Source: Armatimonadota bacterium
GTDB taxonomy: Bacteria > Armatimonadota > SYMT01
Length of the DNA stretch: 64,000 nucleotides
Assembly: GCA_041690135.1 (NCBI GenBank)
Contig: JAWLHY010000010.1
Span: forward strand, 224,001-288,000
Reading direction: 5' to 3'
A program made the position numbers and the translations under genes. The notes under the pieces are model-generated. The model searched no databases and was not told the origin of the DNA. It worked only from the letters and a program-made list of their open reading frames with translations. Below are positions 17,760 to 27,525 of the stretch, in pieces. Numbering within the stretch: the stretch's first letter is position 1; every line of letters starts with the position of its first letter.

Positions 17760-19141
17760 AGCAGGCTGTCCTTCTCCCGCCGGTCCCAGGTAACCAGCCA
17801 CGAGCGGGGGAAGTAGTTCATCGCCGGGGTGTCGTTGGCCCGCAGGAACTCCAGGTATTTCCGGTGGAGATCGACCGCCACGGTGCGGTTCTTGGCGTAC
17901 ACGTTCGTCTTCTCCGTCGGGTCCGACGGTAGATGATACAACTCCGGCTCCACCCCCGCGCGCCAGTACACCAGCGCCCACTCGTCCGTGCGGATCACGC
18001 TCGGCCGGAACACGCTCCAGTTCTTGAGCGACCACGAAGAGACGGAGACGTCCCGCACCTTCTCCCGCTCCCCTTTCAGCACCGGCACCAGGGAAGCGGT
18101 GCGCATCGTGTCCGGCACCTTCACCCCCGCCAACTCCAGCAGCGTCGGCCCCACGTCGCCCGGATGGACGAAGGCGTTGCGCCGTCCCGGCTTCAGTCCC
18201 GGCGCCCGGAACATCATCGGCACCCGGGCGACCTCGCTATAGACGGGCCAGCCCTTGAGGTTTTCCTTCTTACCGCCCATCTTACCGAGGAGGCCGCGCT
18301 CCCCGAGGAGGATGCCGTGGTCCGACATGAAGCAGACCACCGTATCGTCCCGCCGTCCCAGGGCGTCGATCGTTTCCAGCAGCCGCCCCAGCCAGCGGTC
18401 AACCATCGTTAACTCGCCCGCGTAGAGCGCACGGATGCGCTTGATGTCCGCGTCCGTATACGGATCCGCGCGCCCGTACATCGGATAGATGACGTTATCA
18501 CCGGTCCCTTGCGGGTCGTACAGATCGATGTACTGCTGCGGCGGGTCCCACGGCTCGTGCGGATCGAAGAGATCGACGTGGAGGAAGAAATTGCCCCGGT
18601 GGTGGTTCTGCTCCAGCCAGTGGATCGATTCCGAAATTACCTGGGGGGCAAAGCAGTCCTCTTCCCCGCGCCGGATCGAGGTGTTCCGAAGGTACTGCTT
18701 GATCCGGCCGTCGGCGACCTCACGCAGCTTCTCCGGCGGGCAGGGCCAGGAGAACTCGCGGGTGGAGGGCTGGAAATTGTCGTACCACTGGCCCCGCACC
18801 CGGTGGCGCGCGTGGAAGCCGCGATCGTAGCCGTAGCCGGCCCGGCTCATGGGCAGGTTATCAGTGATCTGGGTGCAGGTGTAATTGGCGGCGGCAAAAG
18901 TCTCGGAGAGCAGGACTTCCTGCCGCGGCAGCGGCCCCCAGTTGAGGTAGGGAAAGACGAACTTGCCGGTAAAGACTTCGGCGCGGCAGGGAAGCGTCGG
19001 AAAAGAGCAGGAGTGGGCGCGGTCGAAGATGACGCTCTCTTCCGCCAGGCGATCCAGGGTGGGCGTGTGGATCCACTTGTTGCCGTAGGCGCCCACGTGG
19101 TCGCGACGAAACGTGTCGCTGATGATTAACACGACGTTCAT
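17741..19141 (-). CDS. Sulfatase/alkaline-phosphatase-superfamily enzyme, copy A (TxPxR motif)
   Basis: 'SDTFRRDH', 'TPTLDRLA', 'PTLPCR...TG', 'FDPHEPW', 'SDHG'; no signal peptide. Confidence 0.88.
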   Translation of the reverse strand: MNVVLIISDTFRRDHVGAYGNKWIHTPTLDRLAEESVIFDRAHSCSFPTLPCRAEVFTGKFVFPYLNWGPLPRQEVLLSETFAAANYTCTQITDNLPMSRAGYGYDRGFHARHRVRGQWYDNFQPSTREFSWPCPPEKLREVADGRIKQYLRNTSIRRGEEDCFAPQVISESIHWLEQNHHRGNFFLHVDLFDPHEPWDPPQQYIDLYDPQGTGDNVIYPMYGRADPYTDADIKRIRALYAGELTMVDRWLGRLLETIDALGRRDDTVVCFMSDHGILLGERGLLGKMGGKKENLKGWPVYSEVARVPMMFRAPGLKPGRRNAFVHPGDVGPTLLELAGVKVPDTMRTASLVPVLKGEREKVRDVSVSSWSLKNWSVFRPSVIRTDEWALVYWRAGVEPELYHLPSDPTEKTNVYAKNRTVAVDLHRKYLEFLRANDTPAMNYFPRSWLVTWDRREKDSLLHVGGA

Positions 19142-20439
19142 GCGGTTCTCGTCCCTACTCCCCCGAGCTCTTCAACCACTTCAGTCAGGAGCGCCAACCA
19201 GCGCTGCGTACTCTTATCTTCGGAAAACTCATCCAGGGCACGTGCCCGCCCGGCCCGTCCCATCTTTCGACGCAGTGCCTCGTCCCGCAGCAGGCGGTCC
19301 AGGTGCGACCGTAGGGCCGGCTCATCGTCGACCGGGGAGAGGAACCCGGTATCGCCGTGCACGACTAACTCCGCTGTCCCGTAGGCAGCCGCCGCCGCGA
19401 CCGGTAAGCCCGCCACCATTCCTTCGAGGACCGCGTTGGGCGCCCCTTCCCGGCGCGACGGGTGACAGAGAATGTCCGCGGCGCGCAGCAGGCGAGGCAC
19501 GTCCTCGCGGAAGCCGAGCAGTTGCACGCGTTCTCCCAGCCCCAACCGCGCAATCTGCGCCGCGAGGGCCGTTTTCTCCGGTCCGTCTCCGGCAAACCAC
19601 ACCTTCAGGCGGGGGTGCTCCGGCGCCAGTCTAGCTACGGAATCCAGCAGCAGATCGTGTCCCTTGATCGAGATCAGGCGGGCTGCGACGATCACCACCA
19701 GATCGTCTGGCCTGCATCCGAGAGTTTCACGCACCGCAGTTGGGTCGGCGCCATCGATCGGACCGGGGTCCACCCCGTCGTAAATACAGGTGAGCTGCTC
19801 CGGCCGGAACCAGCCGAACTCCTGGAGCTCCTGGAGCGTGGCCTGGGCGTTGGCGACGAAGCGGCTGACACGCGGCGCCACCAGGCCGCGGTTCAACGCA
19901 CTCTTCTGGAACACCCCCGCCCCAGAGTGGTAGTAAACCAGCCCCGGGCGCCTTCCGGCGCCGCGCGTGGGCAGCAGGCGGGCGGCCAGGGCCGCGTGCT
20001 GGAGCGAGCGCTCCGTGTAACAGATGGCCACGTCGACCCGGGCCTGGCGCAGAGCCCGCGCCAGGGCGAGAACGCGCCGGGGGGAGAGGCGTTTTCCCAG
20101 GTGGAACGGGAGTACGGATGCCCCCATGGCCTCGATTCGCCGGTACGCCTCGCCCCGTGGATGGGCGAAACCTACGGGGACATGCCCCCGCTTCTGGAAC
20201 TCGGTAGCGGCCTGCACAATCCGCTTTTCTCCCCCACCATAAAAGGGGACCGGGTTCAGAAGGCCGATGCGCAGCGGCTGCCCCTGTTGCGACGCAACTT
20301 CGGCCACGTGAGTGCTTCTCGGGAAAGCAATTTCGCCTTCCACTACCGGAGAGACGGACGGAGAACCGTACCCGTCCGGGGCCTGCGCCAGAAGCGACGG
20401 GGGTTGGGGGTTCCCATTCTCTAATCCCCTTCGACGCAA
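19138..20439 (-). CDS. Glycosyltransferase family 4
   Basis: 'YGGGEK', 'IYDGVD', 'ARLISIKG', 'PSRREGAPNAVLEGMVAGLP'; true start probably later (~20307). Confidence 0.88.
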   Translation of the reverse strand: MRRRGLENGNPQPPSLLAQAPDGYGSPSVSPVVEGEIAFPRSTHVAEVASQQGQPLRIGLLNPVPFYGGGEKRIVQAATEFQKRGHVPVGFAHPRGEAYRRIEAMGASVLPFHLGKRLSPRRVLALARALRQARVDVAICYTERSLQHAALAARLLPTRGAGRRPGLVYYHSGAGVFQKSALNRGLVAPRVSRFVANAQATLQELQEFGWFRPEQLTCIYDGVDPGPIDGADPTAVRETLGCRPDDLVVIVAARLISIKGHDLLLDSVARLAPEHPRLKVWFAGDGPEKTALAAQIARLGLGERVQLLGFREDVPRLLRAADILCHPSRREGAPNAVLEGMVAGLPVAAAAAYGTAELVVHGDTGFLSPVDDEPALRSHLDRLLRDEALRRKMGRAGRARALDEFSEDKSTQRWLALLTEVVEELGGVGTRTA

Positions 20440-21821
20440 AGCAGGCTGTCCTTTTCGCGCTTACCCCAGGTGACCATCCAGCTCCGGGGATAGTAGTTCC
20501 GGGCCGGTGTCTCGTTGGCCCGCAGGAATTCCAGGTATTTCCGGTGAAGATCGACCGCCACGGTGCGGTTCTTCGCGTAGACGTTCGTCTTCTCCGTCGG
20601 GTCCGACGGCAGGTGATACAACTCCGGCTCCACCCCCGCGCGCCAGTACACCAGCGCCCACTCGTCCGTGCGGATTACGCTGGGCCGGAACACGCTCCAG
20701 TTCTTGAGCGACCACGAAGAGACGGAGACGTCCCGCACCTTCTCCCGCTCCCCTTTCAGCACCGGCACCAGGGAAGCGGTACGCATCGTGTCCGGCACCT
20801 TCACCCCCGCCAACTCCAGCAGCGTCGGCCCCACGTCGCCCGGATGGACGAAGGCGTTGCGCCGTCCCGACTTCAGTCCCGGCGCCCGGAACATCATCGG
20901 TACCCGGGCGATCTCGTTGTACACCGGCCACCCCCGCAGCGTCTCGCCGCGCTTGCCCATCTTACCGAGGAGGCCGCGTTCCCCGAGGAGGATGCCGTGG
21001 TCCGACATGAAGCAGACCACCGTATCGTCCCGCCGTCCCAGGGCGTCGATCGTCTCCAGCAGCCGCCCCAGCCAGCGGTCGAGCATGCTCACTTCACCCG
21101 CATAGAGCGCCCGGATTCGCTTCAACTCCGCGTCGTTGTAGGGCGTGGCGTCTCCGAAACTCGGCCAGATGATGTTATCGCTATCCGGGTTGGGATCGTA
21201 GAGGTCAACGTAATTCTGCGGCGGGTCCCAGGGCTCGTGCGGATCGAAGATGTCGACGTGGAGGAAGAAATTGCCCCGGTGGTGGTTCTGCTCCAGCCAG
21301 TGGATCGCCTCCGACACCACCTGCGGGGCGAAGTAGTCCTCTTCACCACGCCGTCCGGACACATTGCGGAGGTACTGTTTGAGGCGACCATCCTTCTGGT
21401 CACGCAGCTTCTCCGGCGGGCAGGGCCAGGAGAACTCGCGGGTGGAGGGCTGGAACTTGTCGTAGGATTGGCCTCGGACCCGGTGGCGCGCGTGGAAGCC
21501 ACGGTCGTAACCGTAACGCGCCCGCGTCATGGGAAAGTTATCGGTGATCTGGGTGCAGGTGTAGTTGGCGGCGGCGAACGTCTCGGAGAGCAGGACTTCC
21601 TTCCGCGGCAGCGGCCCCCAGTCCAGATACGGGAACACGAACTTGCCGGTGAAGATTTCGGCGCGGCACGGGAGCGTGGGAAAAGAGCAGGAGTGGGCGC
21701 GGTCGAAGATGACGCTCTCTTCCGCCAGGCGATCCAGGGTGGGCGTGTGGATCCACTTGTTGCCGTAGGCGCCCACGTGGTCGCGACGAAACGTGTCGCT
21801 GATGATTAACACGACGTTCAT
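20421..21821 (-). CDS. Sulfatase/alkaline-phosphatase-superfamily enzyme, copy B
   Basis: Same length (1401 nt) as copy A, offset exactly 2680 bp; start MNVVLIISD at 21821. Confidence 0.88.
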   Translation of the reverse strand: MNVVLIISDTFRRDHVGAYGNKWIHTPTLDRLAEESVIFDRAHSCSFPTLPCRAEIFTGKFVFPYLDWGPLPRKEVLLSETFAAANYTCTQITDNFPMTRARYGYDRGFHARHRVRGQSYDKFQPSTREFSWPCPPEKLRDQKDGRLKQYLRNVSGRRGEEDYFAPQVVSEAIHWLEQNHHRGNFFLHVDIFDPHEPWDPPQNYVDLYDPNPDSDNIIWPSFGDATPYNDAELKRIRALYAGEVSMLDRWLGRLLETIDALGRRDDTVVCFMSDHGILLGERGLLGKMGKRGETLRGWPVYNEIARVPMMFRAPGLKSGRRNAFVHPGDVGPTLLELAGVKVPDTMRTASLVPVLKGEREKVRDVSVSSWSLKNWSVFRPSVIRTDEWALVYWRAGVEPELYHLPSDPTEKTNVYAKNRTVAVDLHRKYLEFLRANETPARNYYPRSWMVTWGKREKDSLLCVEGD

Positions 21822-21844
21822 GCGGTTCTCGTTCCTGCTTCCCG

Positions 21845-22957
21845 TCAGTTCCGCAGCAGATCCAGGGCCGCACGCATCACCTGCTCGGGTGTGATCGCCG
21901 ACAGGCAAACCGGTTCGGCGCACACCCGATGACCCGCGCAGGGGCACACCAGCGAGGAGTTCACGGCCTGGTAACGCGTTCCGTAAGGATAGAACCGCGT
22001 CCGGTCGATCTCCAGGTCTCTCGGTCCGTAAAGCGCGAGCACCGGCACGCGGACGGCCGCGGCCATATGCATCGGACCGGTGGGGACGCTCACGAACAGG
22101 CCCGCTTGCGCCAGGACTGCCGCCAGTTGTTTGAGGGAGGTCCCACCCGCCAGGGACAGGACCGGGCTGCGTGCCCCGGCAGCTACCTGCGCCACCAGTT
22201 CCCGCTCTCCCCCACTGCCGGTAACGCCGACCTGAAATCCCGCTTGCGAGAGGCGATCGGCCAACTCCGCGTAATGCCCGGCGGGCCAGCACTGCCGCCC
22301 CCCACCGTGGCCCGGATGGAGGATGGCCAGCGGACGCCCTTCGTCGCGACCGGCGCCCCGCAAGAACTCCCTGGCCCAGGCGTGGTCCGAATCATTTACG
22401 TCAACGCGCATCCCCTGGTGCCGCGGCTCCATGCCGAGACTGCGGAGGACATCCAGGTTGTGCTCGATCTCGTGGCGGTCGCCGGTGCCCCGCGCCTGGC
22501 GGATATGCTGGTGAAACCAGCGCGCCCAATGCGGAGGCCGGTTGTCGCCGTATCTCCAGACGCAGGTACGCCAGCGAATTCCGGCCAGGCAGAGCGCCAA
22601 AGCCACGCTGCTGGCGGAGTGGACCGAAAGCACCCAATCGAAGCGGTGCGAGCGAAGCTCCCGCGCCAGTTTCAGCCGGTCGCCCCACCCGCGATGCGTC
22701 GACTGCCGGTCGTAGGTGAGCACCCCGTCAAGATCCGGGTTGCCTTCCAGGATGCGATCGAACGGCCGGTGGACCAGTGCGGTGATCTCGGCGCGGGGGA
22801 ACTGGTTGCGGAGCGCCGAAAAGAGCGGCGTCGCGCAGAGAACGTCTCCCAGGCGCTGCGTCTGGACCACCAGGATGCGGTGGATCGGCAGCGTACCTCC
22901 CCCGATGGCCGGCCAGGTGTCCGCCCCGGAACTGCTTGCCGAGACGACCTGCGTCAC
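21845..22957 (-). CDS. Glycosyltransferase family 9 (heptosyltransferase-like)
   Basis: 'RLGDVLCATP', 'HPGHGG', 'TSLKQLAAVL', 'TGPMHMAAA', 'LYGP'. Confidence 0.9.
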   Translation of the reverse strand: MTQVVSASSSGADTWPAIGGGTLPIHRILVVQTQRLGDVLCATPLFSALRNQFPRAEITALVHRPFDRILEGNPDLDGVLTYDRQSTHRGWGDRLKLARELRSHRFDWVLSVHSASSVALALCLAGIRWRTCVWRYGDNRPPHWARWFHQHIRQARGTGDRHEIEHNLDVLRSLGMEPRHQGMRVDVNDSDHAWAREFLRGAGRDEGRPLAILHPGHGGGRQCWPAGHYAELADRLSQAGFQVGVTGSGGERELVAQVAAGARSPVLSLAGGTSLKQLAAVLAQAGLFVSVPTGPMHMAAAVRVPVLALYGPRDLEIDRTRFYPYGTRYQAVNSSLVCPCAGHRVCAEPVCLSAITPEQVMRAALDLLRN

Positions 22958-24105
22958 CGGCTAAAGTCTCCCGCTTCACGCAGTGGTGGACCCACCGATG
23001 CGCGCCGGGTGCCCGGCCCCCCGATCTCTTCGAACAGACGGCACCAGTTGTCGGTTTCGCCGGTGAGGGGGAACAGCGTCTCCGCACGGCGCCGTCCCGC
23101 CGCTCCGAACCGCTCCCGGACGGTGGCGTCGCCGTAAACTCGGTCCAGCGCCTGCGCCAGGGCCGGTACGTCCCGCGGGGGGACCAGAAGCCCTGTCTCC
23201 TCGGGCACGACGACATCGACGATCCCACCAGCCGTAGACGCGACGATCGGTCGCGCCGCGGCCATGGCCTCGAGCAGGGTATTGCCCAGCCCCTCGCGGT
23301 GCGAAGCCTGTACGACGATATCCACCGCCTGGAGGACCGCCGGAATGTCCGTGCGGAAGCCCAGGAAACGCACCCGCGACTCCAGTTTGAGCTCTCGCAC
23401 CTGGGCTTCGAGTTGGGGACGCAGAGTGCCTTCCCCCACGATCCAGAGCTCCGCACGCGGATGCCGGGAGGCAATGGCCGCCAGGGCATCGATCGTCTCT
23501 ACCTGGCCTTTGTCCGGGGTCACGCGCGCGAGTATCGCGGCGACCACTGTGTCCCCGACACAGCCGACTTCGGCCCGCACCCGCTCTCGGGCCACCGGAT
23601 CGGGCTGATACGGACGCAGGTCAATCCCGTTGCGAATGATCTGCAGCCGATCCTCGGGGATCCATCCGTAGCTGGCCATCTCCTCGCGGAGGGGCTCCGA
23701 GATCACGACAAGACGGGTCATCCACCGTCCCAGAAGGCGATTGATGGCCTTGTTTTTGAAGGTGGCCGTCAGGCCATTCCGGTAAACCAACGGTGGACTG
23801 CCCGCCAGGCGAGTCGCCGGCGCCGCCAGTCGGAAGGCACGCTCGTTGCAGCAAAGGACGAGGTTCGGCTGGAAGCCGCGCAGAGCGCCCGCGATGGCGC
23901 CGACCGCCCGGAGCGAGAGATCGTGGGGCATCGGCAGGGCTACCGTGGGAAGGCCGGACTCTCGAGCGTGCCGCTGCACGCCCGACGCGGGCTGGCAGAG
24001 GAGCAGCGGCTCGTGTCCGCGCTGCTTCCAACAGCTCGCCTGCCGCACCAGCCATTTCTCCCCGCCTCCCAGGACGCGAATTGAGTTGACTACCGCTATC
24101 CGCAA
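22954..24105 (-). CDS. Glycosyltransferase family 4
   Basis: 'LGGGEK', 'IRNGID', 'SHREGLGNTLLEAMAAARP'. Confidence 0.9.
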   Translation of the reverse strand: MRIAVVNSIRVLGGGEKWLVRQASCWKQRGHEPLLLCQPASGVQRHARESGLPTVALPMPHDLSLRAVGAIAGALRGFQPNLVLCCNERAFRLAAPATRLAGSPPLVYRNGLTATFKNKAINRLLGRWMTRLVVISEPLREEMASYGWIPEDRLQIIRNGIDLRPYQPDPVARERVRAEVGCVGDTVVAAILARVTPDKGQVETIDALAAIASRHPRAELWIVGEGTLRPQLEAQVRELKLESRVRFLGFRTDIPAVLQAVDIVVQASHREGLGNTLLEAMAAARPIVASTAGGIVDVVVPEETGLLVPPRDVPALAQALDRVYGDATVRERFGAAGRRRAETLFPLTGETDNWCRLFEEIGGPGTRRASVGPPLREAGDFSR

Positions 24106-24168
24106 GACCGGTTCTCCCCGCCGCAGTCCGGGTCATGCTGGATGGCCCACCGTATAATCCATCGATCT

Positions 24169-25374
24169 TTACCGGTTGTCACGGTTCTTTCGCCTTAAGG
24201 GGGATGCCGGCTGCGACGACGGAGGCGCGCTGGGCGTCGAGGGAGGACTGTACAACTTGAGCGCCGCTTCCACGCACTCGTCCGCGGACACGGTGTGGAT
24301 GCAAGGCGGGTGGGCGGGATCCAGCCAGTTGGGCCGATCCCGGGGAGTCTTCTCGGAACGCCGAACGATCTTTTGCACGTTCGGCAAATATCCCTGGGAG
24401 CTTTCGTTGACCGGCATGGCGCAGTCGTCACACCCCACTTCGTGCCGGATGACGGATCCCAGGGTAGTGAACGGGCCGAACTTGGTGGGACTAGTGGGAC
24501 CGAACATCGCCACGACCGGCACGGCCATCGCGACCGCCATGTGCATCGGGCCCGTATCGTTGGTGACCAGCAGATGGCACCGTTCCAGCAAGGCGGCGGT
24601 TCCCGCCAGGGAGAGATGTCCAGCCGCCACAAGGGGATGGTGTGCCATCCGCGAGACGATGGAGGCGGCCAACTCCCGGTCTCCCGGTCCCCCGAAGATG
24701 ACGATCGGGAGCCCGGTTTCCGCGTGGAGGCGGTCCGCCACTTCCGCGAACCGCTCCACCGGCCATCGCTTCTGCGCTTCCGTAGCGCCGGGATTGATAC
24801 CGATGAAACGCGCGTCGGCATCGATGCCGCGATTGCGGACGAACTCGGCTACCATGGTCCGCGCCTCGGAGGTAGGCTCCAGCTCCAGCACGGGGTTCGG
24901 CTCACGAGGGCAACCCAGCATCTCGGCCAGATCCAGGTACTTGTAGACTTCATGCTGGCTCGAGCGCACCGGGCTGACATGCTGGTAGAACCGCCGCGTC
25001 TTTGGGTGGTCCAGGGCGATGGTTACGGGCCGGCGAGGGTTGCAGAGCCCGATGTAGGCTGTCGTCCACGCATAGAACATGGACTTCTCCTGCAGCGAGA
25101 TGATGAGATCGTACCCTTTGCGCCGCTGCTCTATCGCGAACTGGATCTTCGAGCCCCAGTACTTGATCTTGGGCCGCACGACGATCTCGTCGACATGCGG
25201 ATTGGTGATCAGGAGGTCCCGGTTGGCTTCCGGCACGGAAACGGCCACATGCGCGCGTGGGAAGCGTCGTTTCAGAGCCCGCAGCATTGGGGTGGTGAGG
25301 AGACAGTCCCCAATGTGGATGCGGTTGAGCACCAGGATGCGTCTGATTTTGCCTAGTCGGACGGCTTGCTGCAC
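24169..25374 (-). CDS. Glycosyltransferase family 9 (WaaF/WaaQ-like heptosyltransferase)
   Basis: 'HIGDCLLTTP', 'INPGA...KRWP', 'TNDTGPMHMA', 'FGPT'; start uncertain (GTG 25374 or ATG 25419). Confidence 0.9.
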   Translation of the reverse strand: MQQAVRLGKIRRILVLNRIHIGDCLLTTPMLRALKRRFPRAHVAVSVPEANRDLLITNPHVDEIVVRPKIKYWGSKIQFAIEQRRKGYDLIISLQEKSMFYAWTTAYIGLCNPRRPVTIALDHPKTRRFYQHVSPVRSSQHEVYKYLDLAEMLGCPREPNPVLELEPTSEARTMVAEFVRNRGIDADARFIGINPGATEAQKRWPVERFAEVADRLHAETGLPIVIFGGPGDRELAASIVSRMAHHPLVAAGHLSLAGTAALLERCHLLVTNDTGPMHMAVAMAVPVVAMFGPTSPTKFGPFTTLGSVIRHEVGCDDCAMPVNESSQGYLPNVQKIVRRSEKTPRDRPNWLDPAHPPCIHTVSADECVEAALKLYSPPSTPSAPPSSQPASPLRRKNRDNR

Positions 25375-26444
25375 TCGCGTAACCCTTTCTCCAGGGAACC
25401 GGTGTGGGCCCGGCGGCATTCTTCCTTGGCCTGTTCTGGGATCTGCTCCGGCTGCAATTTCCAGCGGTTGTGCAGCCAGCACCAGAGCTCCGGCCGTTCG
25501 CGGATCTGAAGCTCTATAATCCGGGTGACCTCGGCGGTCAATCGCACGATGTCCGCATTTCGGTCGCCCGTCGACTCGGGATAGATGGGAGGCCACGCCT
25601 TCATCGTGTGTGTGCCGTCGGCCTCCCTCAAGCAGAATGTCGGCACGATGGCCGCTCCCGTCTTAAGCGCAAACACCGCCGGACCCGTGGCGGTGCTGGC
25701 GGGATAACCGTAGAACGGGACGAACACACCGCCCTCCGCCGTGTTCTGGTCGAGGACGATCGCCAGGATCTCGTTCCGACGGAGGGCTGCCAAACCCTGC
25801 CGCGCAGCCTGTCGCCGCGGGATTTGCCGAAGCCCGCAGCGGGTTCGGATCGCCTCGATCATCCGCTCCATGCCCGGGTCATCCGCAGTCCGGCTAACCC
25901 CGCTCACCTGGTAGCCGGCCCGTGCCAGGCGTGGCCCCATCATCTCCCAGTTGCCGTAATGGGCCGTGATCAGGAGCACTCCCTTGCCACGGGCAAAAGC
26001 TGCTTGGTAGTGTTCCTGCCCCTCGAACCGGACTTCCCGCTCCACTTCATCCATCGAGATGCGGGGTTGCCGCAGGAAGAACTCAATGAGGGTCACGCCG
26101 AGGTGCTCGAAGCTCGCGATCGCCAGCCGCAATCGCGCCTCCTCGCTCATGCAGTCCCCGTACGCCCGGTCGAGGTTGGCGAGCGCCACGCGCCGGTAGC
26201 GCCGCATCGTCCGATAGGTGATGCGGCCCAGCGCCCGCCCCAACGGAGCGAGAGCCGAGCGGGGGATGCACCGGCCGACGACGTTCAGCGTCCGGATCAG
26301 TTGACGGGTCAACCACCACTCCAGGGGCTTGCTCCAGCGACGCGGTTGCGCGGGAGCTTCCTTGAGTGATTTACCGCCGGCGCGCTGGGCGGGCGGGTCA
26401 GTTGGCTCCGGCGACCCGGGCGCGGAGGAGGGACTCGATGTCAT
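25353..26444 (-). CDS. lpxL: Lipid A late acyltransferase (LpxL/HtrB family)
   Basis: 'GKGVLLITAHYGNWE', 'LDQN', 'PELWCWLHNRWK'. Confidence 0.9.
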   Translation of the reverse strand: MTSSPSSAPGSPEPTDPPAQRAGGKSLKEAPAQPRRWSKPLEWWLTRQLIRTLNVVGRCIPRSALAPLGRALGRITYRTMRRYRRVALANLDRAYGDCMSEEARLRLAIASFEHLGVTLIEFFLRQPRISMDEVEREVRFEGQEHYQAAFARGKGVLLITAHYGNWEMMGPRLARAGYQVSGVSRTADDPGMERMIEAIRTRCGLRQIPRRQAARQGLAALRRNEILAIVLDQNTAEGGVFVPFYGYPASTATGPAVFALKTGAAIVPTFCLREADGTHTMKAWPPIYPESTGDRNADIVRLTAEVTRIIELQIRERPELWCWLHNRWKLQPEQIPEQAKEECRRAHTGSLEKGLRECSKPSD

Positions 26445-27525
26445 TCTGTCCACTCAAAAACTCTAGATCGATCTCAAGCACGCAACAGCGCGTGTTCGCA
26501 AACCAGGTTGGCGGTATCTTGACGGCATCCTTCTCGGTAGTGACCACCCCGGTCAATGCCTCGCGCTCCACTCGCCGGCAAAGCGCGCGGACGTCCTCTT
26601 CAGTGTAGGGATGGTGGTCCCGGAAACGCGCCGGGCTGATCTCTCCCGCCTGCAACTCCATCAGCGTCCGTTCGAACGACTCCGGCTGACCCAGGCTGGA
26701 GACCGCAAGCCAATGCCCTTTACGGAGTTCCTCCAGCGACACCCTTTCGCCCGTAGCATGGTCCCGCAGCGCCACCGGTACGTGCCGGGCCTCGGCGACG
26801 ACCAGCCGGGGATTGCGTCGCCGGAGTTCGTTTCGCAATTTCTCCCTTGCTTCCGCGTCGATCCAGCCGGCGTGCGTGACGACGACCGCGTCCGCGCGCC
26901 GGAGGGCGCCGGGCGACTCGCGCAGCATGCCACGCGGGAGGAGGCGCCCGTAGCCGAAGGGGTTCGCCCCGCTCATCAACACGATCTCCAGGTCCTTCCG
27001 CAGCCGCCAGTACTGAAAAGCATCGTCCAGCACGCAAACGTCTACCGCAAACTCACGGCAGGCCCGTTCACCACTCAACACCCGCTTCTTCCCAATGAGC
27101 ACCGGTACGCCCGGCAGCGACCGCGCCAGAAGCTGCGGTTCATCACCGCTTACCTCCACCGGTTCCCGGATTCCATCGGGTCCCGCCACCACGTGCACCG
27201 CGTCCGGGTCGCGACGTGTCCCCCCGGCGCGGTAACCATAACTCAGAACCGCGGGGCGGACCCCCCAGGCAGCCAGGCGCCGGATGAGCCAGCGGACAGT
27301 GGTGGTTTTTCCGGTGCCACCCACCGTCAAATTACCGACAGACACCACAGGGCACCGCAACGTATGGGTCTTGAGCATCCCCAGGTCGAAGCCCAGGCGG
27401 TAACCGGCGACCACGCCTCCATAAAGTCCGGACAGCACCGACAGCCCACTCCGAGCCGCCGGCGCCCACCACTGGCGGTTCGCGCCGGAGATCAACTCCC
27501 GCCACGATGTCTCAAAGTCGCTCAC
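26398..27525 (-). CDS. lpxK: Tetraacyldisaccharide 4'-kinase
   Basis: 'VVSVGNLTVGGTGKT', 'GDEP', 'LDDAFQY', 'LLPRGMLRE', 'TTEKDAVK'. Confidence 0.95.
   Translation of the reverse strand: MSDFETSWRELISGANRQWWAPAARSGLSVLSGLYGGVVAGYRLGFDLGMLKTHTLRCPVVSVGNLTVGGTGKTTTVRWLIRRLAAWGVRPAVLSYGYRAGGTRRDPDAVHVVAGPDGIREPVEVSGDEPQLLARSLPGVPVLIGKKRVLSGERACREFAVDVCVLDDAFQYWRLRKDLEIVLMSGANPFGYGRLLPRGMLRESPGALRRADAVVVTHAGWIDAEAREKLRNELRRRNPRLVVAEARHVPVALRDHATGERVSLEELRKGHWLAVSSLGQPESFERTLMELQAGEISPARFRDHHPYTEEDVRALCRRVEREALTGVVTTEKDAVKIPPTWFANTRCCVLEIDLEFLSGQNDIESLLRARVAGAN

Noticed and set aside
21822-22292. 157-aa N-terminal extension of sulfatase-like copy B
   Set aside because: Overlaps the GT9 gene; identity with copy A begins at MNVVL (21821).
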